The translations under genes were made by a program, and so were the position numbers. Below are positions 1-11,000 of a DNA stretch of 64,000 nucleotides, in pieces. The notes beneath the pieces are model-generated. The model was not told the DNA's origin. It worked only from the letters and a program-made list of their open reading frames with translations, and ran no database searches. The stretch comes from Mytilus trossulus (Eukaryota). Within the stretch, counting starts at the first letter, position 1. Each line of letters starts with the position of its first letter. The DNA is taken from NCBI RefSeq assembly GCF_036588685.1, contig NC_086376.1, positions 58,094,001 through 58,158,000 of the forward strand, in the 5' to 3' direction.

Positions 1-1059
1 AATAGAACATAGGGGTAAAATGCAGTTTTTGGCTTATAACTCAAAAACCAAAGCATTTAGAGCAAATCTGATTGGGTTTATATCAGGTCAAGATCTATCT
101 GCTCTGAAAGTTTCAGATGAATTGGACAACTGGTTGTTAGAGTGCTGCCCCTGAATTGGTATTTTTAAGGAAATTTTGCTGTTTTTGGTTATTATCTTGA
201 ATGTTATTATAGATAGAGATAAACTGTAAACAGCAAAAATGTTCATCAAAGTAAGATCTGAAAATAATTCAACAGAACCAAAATGGTCTGTTGACCCCTT
301 AAGGAGTTATTGCCCTTTATAGTCCATTTTTAACCATTTTTCGTAAACCTTAGTTATCTTTTTACAAAAATTTTCTCCTCTGAAACTACTGGGCCAAATA
401 AAATAAAACTTGGCCAAAATCATCATTGGGGTATCTAGTTTTAAAATTGTGTGCGGTGACCTGGCCAACCAACCAAGATGGCCGCCATGTCTAAAAATAG
501 AACAAAAGGGTGAAATGCAGTTTTTGGCTTATAATTCAAAAACCAAATCATTTAGAGCAAATCTGATTGGGGTTAATATTGTTAATCAGGTCAAGATCTA
601 CCTGCTCTGAAATTTTCAGATGAATTGGACAACGGGTTGTTAGAGTGCTGCCCCTGAATTAGTAATTTTAAGGAAATTTTGCCGTTTTTTTGTTATTTAC
701 TTGAATATTAATACAGATAGCGATAAACTGTAAACAGCAATAATTTACAGCAAAGTAAGACCTAAAAATAAGTCTAACATGACCAAAATGGTCAATTGAC
801 CCCCTAAGGAGTTATTGGCCTTTATAGTAAATTTTTAACAATTTTTATAAAATTTGTCATTTTCGACTGAAACTAATGGGCCAATCATTATAAATAGGGA
901 TAATTGTATGCAGCAAGAATGTTCAGTAAAGTAAGATCTACAAACATATCACCATCACCAAAACACAATTTTGTCATGAATCCATCTGTGTCCTTTGTTA
1001 AATATTCACATACCAATAGACCAAGGTGAGCGACACAGGCTCTTTAGAGCCTCTAGTTT
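1..1059 (+). mobile_element. Non-autonomous Helentron (HINE), 3' part, with ~495-bp tandem core
   Basis: aatagaaca..gggt..aatgcagtttttggcttataa recurs at 1 and 496. The element ends in ggtgagcga (subterminal motif), hairpin aggctc-ttta-gagcct (1037-1052) and ctagttt, the usual Helentron 3' end layout. The 5' end lies outside the window. Confidence 0.8.
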
Positions 1060-1221
1060 ACAGGAATGTCCTGTACTCCCATAGTTTTCAGATTTTGTAT
1101 ATAAGCATAAGCCCCTTAATTAATTAAGACACGATAGAGAGGAACAGTATATAGAACAGTATATAGCAAAATGTTCAGCAAAATAAGATCTACAAATAAG
1201 TCGACATGATTTCATCTAACC

Positions 1222-1790
1222 ATGACCTCATTTTCAAGGTTCGTTGGTCAATGTAAATTTTTCGTGTTTTGGTCTGTTTTTGTAATACTATAAGCAATAG
1301 GTCAACTATATTTGGTGTATGGACTAATTGTGAGGTGTACATGTCTCTTTGGCAGGTGTCATTTGTCCTTGACCTCATTTCCATGGTTCATTGGTCAATG
1401 CTTAGTTTTTGTGTTTTGGTCTGTTTTTCTAATACTATAAGCAAATGGTGAACTATATTTGGTGTATGGAATGATTGTAAGCTGTACATGTCTTTCTGGC
1501 AAGTGTCATTTGTCCTTGACCTCATTTTCATGGTTAATTGGTCAATATTAAGTTTTTATGGTTTGGTCTTTTTTTTTCTTGTATACTATAAGCAATAGAT
1601 CAACTATGTTTGGTGTATGGAATGATTGTAAGGTGTACATGTCTGTCTGGCAGGGTTCATTTAATTTTGACCTCATTTTCATGGATCATTGATAATTTTA
1701 AGTTTATGTGATACTAGTATTAAAACTTTTCTTTAGGACTATCAACATAAAACCAATCATGGTTAGTAAAGCAGGCGAAAAATTTTAGCT
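1222..1790 (+). mobile_element. HINE-like remnant with ~147-150 bp tandem core (3-4 units)
   Basis: gacctcattt at ~1224, 1371, 1518 and 1669, each unit carrying tactataagcaa...ggtgtatgg...gtacatgtct. Termini are degraded. Confidence 0.65.
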
Positions 1791-1869
1791 TTTTTTCTCT
1801 TATTTCTATTATTTTGCCAATTATTATGAAAGCTTGAATAGATACATGTAAGTATAAACTGGAAACATG

Positions 1870-2038
1870 GGAAACAGTAAAAATGATCATCAATACAAAA
1901 TCTACATAAAGTCCACTAAATAAGATTTACAAATAACACGAACAAGGAAACATAAATGATTACAATCACAGAAAAATAAATATCAAATAGCGTATTTTTA
2001 CAAGGTGAGTGATACAGACTCTCAAAAGTCTGTTGTTT
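1870..2038 (+). mobile_element. Older HINE 3' end related to the 1-1059 family
   Basis: caaggtgagtgat, hairpin acagact-ctcaaa-agtctgt and tgttt (2001-2038) parallel the end at 1021-1059. Confidence 0.65.
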
Positions 2039-2051
2039 ATTAACTTGTTGA

Positions 2052-2067
2052 TTTTCTATTTTGACAG
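2052..2067 (+). promoter_or_regulatory. Putative splice acceptor 3 nt upstream of the Helentron start codon
   Basis: ttttctattttgacag|aaaATG: a pyrimidine tract plus CAG ending at 2067. Confidence 0.55.
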
Positions 2068-2070
2068 AAA

Positions 2071-5000
2071 ATGGGTCGTAAAAGAAAGAGTAAAGCTACT
2101 GTAGCTAGAGAGCAGAAGGAGAGAATGAGAAGTAGACGACAAAGCAGTGTTGCCTCTATAGAGTTGGCACCTCTAGGTGAGGAAGAACTCTTAGCCAGAA
2201 GGTTGGCTTCTCCTTGTGAGAAAAATCCTTCAAATGCCCAGAGGTTAGAACCTCCTCTGGGAAGCCTGTCTATCCAAAGCATGGATATGCCACTGAGCTC
2301 TGACTCCCCACCGTGGGTTTGTACTCCACCGAGAGTACCCTCACCAAAGCTTGGTGTTGCAGGACAGACGAAACTGGTGGTAGAAACATCATTAGATGTC
2401 ACCAGTATAATTGAAACAAAGCAAAAGGTTCAAGAATACAATACTGAAACAATACTAAGAATAAACAGTACTGAACCAAATACTAGATTATACAATACTG
2501 AGTCAAATACTACAATATACAATACTGAATCAAACACTAGAATATACAATACTGAATCAATACTAGAAATCAATACTGAAGAATGCAATACTGAATCTAA
2601 ACAAGAAATTAACAATGAACTAATGCAAGAAATGCAAACTGAACCTATACCAGAAGTAAAAACTAAACCCAAATCTGTGTACAGAACACAAGAATCAAAA
2701 GACATAAACATATCGACATTACAAACAGATCAGTCAGATTGCGAGATCGAATCGAAAATAAGGCTAACATTAGAATTTGATGAACCACCAAAAACAAAAA
2801 AAGCAAAGTTAGAATCTGTATGTAGTTCAGGCTTTAAAATGTTGCCTCATAATGTTCATTTAAACATAGCTTCAGGGAGTGAAGAAAGCAATAGTATCAA
2901 GTCAGTAAAAGTGAATGGTTGTTCAAAAAATAATATAAATTTTATAGGTGGCAAAGTTGATATTAGAAACAATAAACATTCCTCTGATTCTTCTCATTAT
3001 AGCAAAATAAGATCAAGAAAGCTAATTCAGGGGAAAACAGAAAATGAAGAAACTGACCTTAATTTAAGAGATCAAGAAGAAACTAGAAATGAGGTAAGGA
3101 ATTTAGAAAATACATATTCAGTTAATCAACCATTTATGATGCAAGGTAGTTTCCATCAAGGTGATGACAGGTTCAGAAACAATAGTGGTAAACAATGTGT
3201 AGCAAATTCATTAACAGCCATAGCTTACAGCAAACTCAGTTTGATTGATAATTGGAATATGACTTTCTTGGACAAAATCTTGATAGAAGGGAATATTTTG
3301 TATACTTGGATTCATGGTGATAATGAAGAATTGTTAGTAACAGAATTGCCGAAAATGGTGGAAATAAGAGATATGATTGTTAAGTGTAACAGAAAAGAGT
3401 CGATATTTGCTTTAATAGATAATAATGGTAAAATTGAATTTAATGTTCTTTCTTTGGATCATGCTCTTCAAGAGGCTCTTATTGATTCAGATGGATGTTT
3501 TGTTTGTGTAAGGGGTTTTACTAGTGCCATTATTAGGCAAAATGGGAAAATGTATTTATTTGATTCGCATGCTAGAAATTGTTTTGGTTTACAAGACAGC
3601 TGTGGTAAAAGCGTTGTTATTCAAATAAATGATGTGAACAGTTTGTACCAACACTTTTACAATTTTGTGCAAGGGGATGTAAATGCAGAATTTGAAGTAA
3701 CAGGTATCAACATTGAAATTCAAGATGAAGATTCTGTCACTAACAATCTTGACAAATTTATTGGAAATATTAACAATAGAGAGGTTTTAGAGGATGAAAA
3801 CAACTCGGACGTAGAATTTATTGGTGTCCCAACTCAAACCTGCTATTTATTTAATCCAATTGATTATTGTACAAAAAGAAAACTTTGTAATATTTTAGAT
3901 ATTAAATCGAAATTTGTTTTGAAAATCCCGCTTATGCCAACACACAGTATAGGTACGCCTTTAAAATCAAAACAAATCACTGCAGACGGCAACTGTTTAT
4001 TCAGAGCTATTTCATATGCAGTATCAAACAGGCAAGAAAACTTTAAACAAATAAGAAATGAATTAGTGCGCCACATCTTGCGTCATTCACATCAGTTTAA
4101 TTCTTTTCTTGATTCTGAAACAGTCAATGAGTATATGAAACGTACTAATATGATAGAAGACAATGTTTGGGGAACTGAGTTAGAAATTATAGCTGCTGCT
4201 GATTTATTAAAAACTGACATTTTTACATATTTAGAAGGTAAATGGATTAAATACTCATCAAAGCAAATCTGTAGCAAGAATAATGTGAATGATCAAGCAA
4301 TTTATCTTAATAATGTAGGTAATCACTATGAAGTTGTTCTTTCTGTTTTACCTGGTGGTAAAGAAGAGGTAACGTTAAAGAGTAAAGAAAGTGCCAAGAA
4401 ACGAAATCAATCTGGTATAGAGAAAGACCAAATGAACTTACACTATGAACTATCTCATGAAGGTACAATGAAGAGAAAATATGAACAACATGAGTTGAAT
4501 ATTCCAAAAAAAGTCCTGAAAAGAGAAAAAAATAGTTTTGGTTTAATTGTGGAAGAAAAATATTTGTTGGAAAGGCCAAGAAAAGAACCAGGTGTTTGTA
4601 AACCTCCAGAAATAGAAGAAGGTTTTAAAAAATCTGAAAAAGAAAAAATGAAGTATCAGATGGATCCTCAGTTTAGATTCAATAAATTAGAAAAAAAGAA
4701 AATGAGGTACAAACAAGATAAGTCATACAAAGAAGGGTTAATTCAAACTGGAAAGGAAAAGTATATGAATGATGCTAAATACAGACAATATATACAACAA
4801 GCTTCTAAAGATAAATATATTAGTGATAAAAAATACAGGGAATCAAAGAAAATAGGAAGTATTCAAAAGTATGCAAATGATGAAGAACACAAAAGTGCAG
4901 TCAAACAGGCAAGCATACAGAAATATGCTGATGATGATGAATTCAAAGGTGAAGTCAAACAGGCAAGCATACAGAAATATGCTGATGATGATGATTTCAA

Positions 5001-8000
5001 AAGAAAAGTCAAACAGGCAAGCATACAGAAATATGCTGATGATGATGATTTCAAAAGAAAAGTCAAACAGGCAAGCATACAGAAATATGCTGATGATGAT
5101 GAATTCAAAAGTGAAGTCAAACAGGCAAGCATACAGAAATATGCTGATGATGATGATTTCAAAAGAAAAGTCAAACAGGCAAGCATACAGAAATATGCTG
5201 ATGATGATGAATTCAAAAGTGAAGTTAAACAGGCAAGCATACAGAAATATGCTGATGATGATGATTTCAAAAGAAAAGTCAAACAGGCAAGCATACAGAA
5301 ATATGCTGATGATGATGAATTCAACAGTGCAGTCAAACAGGCAAGCATACAGAAATATGCTGATGATGATGAATTCAAAAGTGAAGTTAAACAGGCAAGC
5401 ATACAGAAATATGCTGATGATGATGATTTCAAAAGAAAAGTTAAACAGGCAAGCATACAGAAATATGCTGATGATGATGATTTCAAAAGAAAAGTCAAAC
5501 AGGCAAGCATACAGAAATATGCTGATGATGATGATTTCAAAAGAAAAGTTAAACAGGCAAGCATACAGAAATATGCTGATGATGATGAATTCAAAAGTAA
5601 AGTCAAACAAGCAAGCATACAAAAATATGCTGATGATGATGATGATTTCAAAATTAAATTGAAAGATCAGTTGTTGACAAGAAGACAGAATGCCAAAGAA
5701 GAAAGTAAAGACATTATAAAAGTTATTGAAAATTTTAGGGAAAATGTAAGTAAGGGTCCAGAATTTGTTTGTGCTTGCTGCTTTAGACTTTGTTTTGAAA
5801 ATCAAGTTGTTCAATGTAAAAGAGAATTGTATAAACCAGGTTCTGCTAAAGCTATAGCGGACACATGCATTTCTGAGAAGTATTTACATATATGTTCAAA
5901 TGAATGCAGAGATGAATGTTTATTTAAGCAAACAAACAGAGTTACACTTTGGATTTGTTACACATGCCATAGAAAGATTCTTAAAGGAAAAATACCTGCT
6001 GAATCTTTTGCTAACAACTTGGCTTTAGAAGATATTCCATTAGAACTTAACAGATTAAATCAACTAGAACAACACCTTATTTCATTAAATATACCTTTCA
6101 TGAAAATTGTTGCTTTACCTAAGGGTGGACAAAAAGCTGTGCATGGTCCATGTGTTTGTGTACCATCAGATATTTCAAAGGTCACAACAACTTTGCCTAG
6201 ATCAGAAGATGATAATTGTTTAGTGAAAGTTAAACTCAAAAGAAAATTACAGTACAAAGGTTATGAGGAATATCAGTTTGTGGACACTAAACATTTGGAA
6301 GAAGCCTTGTCCTTTTTAAAAGAAAAGAATGATTGGTATTCAAATGTTGAAATAGATGGAGAGTGGTTGAATCCAATTCCAACATCAGAGATTAAATGTG
6401 GTGCTGATAAAAAAGATAATGAAAGTAATACAAGAACTGACAGAGTAATAAAGGATAACTTGGAGGACAAAACAGGCAAAAAAGAACAGGAAGATGCAGT
6501 TGATTCATATTTAGATGATAGTTTACAGGGTGTACAGTTTGACACATGCTTACAGCCTGCTGACATTGCACAGGAAGCATTGGATTTATTGTTTGATCAA
6601 GAGTTTAATATATCCCCTGCAGAAGGAAATAATCCAGTCAGTTTACTGAAAGAAAAGGGCATTGAAGCAAAAACCTTTCCAGTGCATTACCCTACAGGTA
6701 AAAACACTTGGAATGAGGACAGAGAAGAAAAATTATCTTTATTAAGGTATTTTAATTTGAGATTAATGAGTGTCGAAAATAGGTTTGCTAGAGATACTTC
6801 CTACATATTCTTTTGCCAGTATATGTCTGAACTAGATAGGGTCATGTCAAATGTACAGATATCGTTACGGAAAGGGTCAGTATTTTCAGATGGACAGAAA
6901 GTAACAAGTAAAATGCTGTGCAATAAGGAGTCTTTAAATGGATTATTTAGAAAAGATGAAGCTATCAAGTTCATGAAACCTGTCCGAGGAACACCACCAT
7001 ATTGGCAATCTATTCAGAAGGACATTTTTTGTATGATTAGACAGTTAGGTATACCCACATTCTTTGCCTCATTCTCATCCGCAGATTTTAGATGGAAAGA
7101 AATTGTAGAAACCATATTGAAGCAGCAAGGAGATATTCGTAATGTTGACGATCTTAGTTGGGATGAAAAATGTAAAGTCCTTTGTAGTAACCCTGCTACA
7201 GCAGCAAGAATGTTTGATCACAGGTTTCACAAATTTCTTAAAGATGTGATAATGTCAGATGCTGAACCAATTGGTCATGTGATTGACTACTTTTATAGAG
7301 TTGAATTTCAACAGAGAGGTTCCCCACATACTCATTGTGTATTTTGGGTAGAAGATGCCCCCAAATTTGGAGTAGACAATGATGATACTGTTACAAAGTT
7401 CATTGATAAGTATATCTCTTGCAAATTACCGTTGGAAAATGATGACCCAGAGCTTACTGACATTGTTAAAACCGTTCAACAGCATAGCAAAAACCACTCA
7501 AAAAGTTGTAGGAAAAAAGGAACAGAGTGTCGGTTCAATTTCCCAAGACCACCATCTGAAAAAACATTTATATCCCGTCCAATTGAAGACAATGAGGAGG
7601 ATAAGGAACATGATAAAGATGCTGATGATGGTAATAAGTCTGAATCTGAAAGCAGTAAACCATGTGAAAAGACATTTATACCATGTCCAATGAAACCTGA
7701 TGATCATCATCATCATGATAAACATACTGATGGTGATATTAATGAGAAATCAGAATCTAAGGGCAGTATCTTAAAAGCAAAACAGATGTTAGCATGTTTA
7801 TGGGATGTAATTAAAGAGTGTGAGGATAAAAGTTTGACTACCGGTGAATTATTTTTGAAAGCAGGAATGTCTCAGGAAGATTTTCAAGAATGTTTTAGAT
7901 GGATAACATACAGAAATACTGTTGTGTTAAAGAGAAATAAAGATGAGTTGTTTATTAATCAGTACAACCCTCATCTGCTGAAATCATGGAATGCAAATAT

Positions 8001-11000
8001 GGATATTCAGTACATATTGGATGCCTACTCGTGTGTGGTTTACATTATAAGCTATATAAGCAAATCAGAACGTGAACTTGGCTTGTTACTGCAGCAGACA
8101 AAAATTGAGGCAGCGGATGGAAATTTGGATGCACAGCAGACTATGAAAAAAGTAGGCACAGCATACTTTCACTTTCGAGAACTAAGTACACAAGAAGCTG
8201 TTTTCAGAGTCATAGGTTTACGTTTAAAAGAATGTTCTAGAAAAGTGCAATTCATTCCAGTAGGAGAAAATCCATGCAGAATAAGTAGACCCCTCAAAGA
8301 ACTGCAACAAAAATCAAAAACATTAAAGATGAAGAAGTCTATAGATGAAAGCAGTGATGATGATGGTGATAGTGATGATATTTGGCTGAAAAGTATTACT
8401 GATAGGTATACAAATAGACCTGATCTAGAACGCTTTGATCAGATGTGTTTAGCAACATTTTGTTCTGAATTTTCAGTGTTAGCAGAGACACAGATACCAA
8501 ATAAAATTAATGAGGACACCACATTCAAACTTAAGAATGATATGGGGTATATCAGAAAAAGGACAAGGACTTCTGATGCTGTTATAAAATATGCAAGATT
8601 TTCTGTAGAAACAGCTCCTGAACAATACTACCAAAGTATATTACAGTTGTTTTTGCCATACAGATTAAATGAGCAATTAAAACCACCACAGTTTTTATCA
8701 TATGAGGATTTTTACAACTCTGGATTTATAAAGTACAGTCAGATGGAAGATCTCTGTTCAGTTCAAAATAAAGTCAACTTTAACATGTCAAAATTTGTGA
8801 AGAAAGACAAGGAGCTAGAGATTGCAGAGAAACAATTGGAAGAAAGAGGATATCAAGAGGATGCATGGGCACAACTATGTCCAGAAACAGAGAAAGAAAG
8901 ACATGAATGTAATGAAGTTGGTGAAAACACAACCACTCAAGAGGTAGAAAGTCCTGAATTAGAAATACCAGATTTGAATCAGACTGACAAGCCAACTGAA
9001 AATGGAATGGTTCAAAAAACATGTTTTTCAAGGTCTGAAGTTATACCGTTGTTGAGAACTTTGAACGAGAAACAAAAGCGCATATTTTTTAAGATCAGAG
9101 AGTGGTGCAATTTTAAAGTGAATGGTAAGAATCCACCGCCATTTCATGTGTTTGTAACTGGTGGTGCCGGAACAGGTAAAAGCCATCTGATTAAATGCTT
9201 GTATTATGAGGCCACAAGAATTCTTGCACACTGTTCCCCAAATCCTGATGATTTGACTGTGTTGTTAACTGCACCAACTGGCACAGCAGCTTTTAATATA
9301 AATGGATTGACAATTCACAGTTCACTTTCCATTTTTAAAGGTTTATCAGTTGAAAAAGCTATGCTTGGAGAAGATAAGCTGAATAGTTTAAGGTCCAAAT
9401 TAGAGAATTTACAAATTCTCATCATAGATGAAGTCTCAATGGTCAACAAAAGGTTGTTATTTTTTATTCATCAAAGGTTGCGTCAAATTAAGAAAAGGCC
9501 TGAGAAGTATCCTTATGGAGGAGTTTCAGTGATAGCAGTGGGTGATTTCTATCAATTACCACCAGTAAAATCAAAAAGGTCAGATAAACTTTATGTTAAT
9601 GATCCATCAAATCCTTTGAATTATCTGTGGAATGATCTTTTTTCTGTTGTGGAATTAGATGAAGTCATGAGACAGAGAGAAGATAGTTTGTTTGCCCAGT
9701 TGTTGAATAGACTAAGGGTCAAACAGAACAATTATCCACTAAAATCTTCAGATCAAGAAATGTTGAAAGAGTGCATAGATAGTGGACCAGATGAAGCTCT
9801 GCACATTTATGCTACAAATAATGAAATTAACATGTACAATAATGAAATGATTATGAAGTTGTCGAGTGAGCCCAAATTAATTGAAGCTCAAGATTTTGAA
9901 AAAGATAAGACAACAGGGAAACTTATGAAGAGAAGACAGAATTTTTCAAAAACCAATATTTGTCTTCCAACATCAATCCTGTTAGCAGAAGGAGCTCGTG
10001 TGATGATGATAAAAAATGAAGCAGTCAGTGATGGTTTGGTGAATGGTGTTATGGGTACTGTTCTCAGTATTTCAGAATTTTCAAAAGGAGCATTACCGAA
10101 CAACATATATATTCATTTTGATAATGATAGAGTTGGAAAAAATGCAAAAGTACAGAAGATAATAAATGGAAAAAGATGTGTTGGATTAGAACCATCTACA
10201 GAAAATATATCATTTAGTAATGGAACAAGAAAACAGTATCCTCTGCAGCTAGCATGGGCATGTACTGTTCACAAGGTTCAGGGTTTGACAGTGCCACAGG
10301 CAGTTGTCTGCTTGAATAAATGTTTTGCCTATGGTCAGGCATATGTTGCATTGAGTAGAGTTACTTCAAAAAATGGGCTGACTATATTACCAATTGATGA
10401 TAAAACTTTGAACAAAAAAATATACAGTGATCCTGATATAATGGAGGGGATGAAATCCATGGATAATTTTTTGTCTCAAAATGACACCATAGTTTCAAAT
10501 CATAAAGCAGGTTTGTCAATAGTTTACCACAATATTCAAGGTCTAAAGGCTCACCAAAATGATTTGAAAGCCAATTCAGACTTCCAAAATGCAAATTATA
10601 TCTGTTTGACTGAAACATGGTTGGAATCTTGTAGTGATGATGTTCACCTTCCTAATTATAAACTTCATCATTTGCCAAGGTCAGCAGCATTTGCATCAAA
10701 TAATCCTTTGTATGCTTCTTTACAAGAAATGAGTCATGGTGGAGTTGGTGTATATGTTAAGTCAGATTCTGAGTATGAAGAATTTGATACATCTCAAAAA
10801 AATCTTGAATGTATAATTTTCAAAGTTCCGAAAATGAATGTTCTAATTGCTACAATATATAGAACTCAAAAATACCAAATTGAACTATTTTTAAGAAATG
10901 TTCGTGCTCTTTTGTCAGAATTGACACAGCTTTCAAGCAGTATTATTGTTTTAGGAGACTTTAATCAAGACATAATAAAGGGTGGCAGTTCAATTCAAGA

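Noticed and set aside
4900-5658. CRISPR-like regular repeat
   Set aside because: Head-to-tail units without unique spacers, in frame within a eukaryotic transposon ORF; no cas genes.
4843-5814. Overlapping ORFs 4843-5814 (-), 4863-5651 (-) and 4871-5662 (+)
   Set aside because: By-products of the 54-bp repeat, which lacks stops in several frames; the real frame is that of the 3035-aa ORF.
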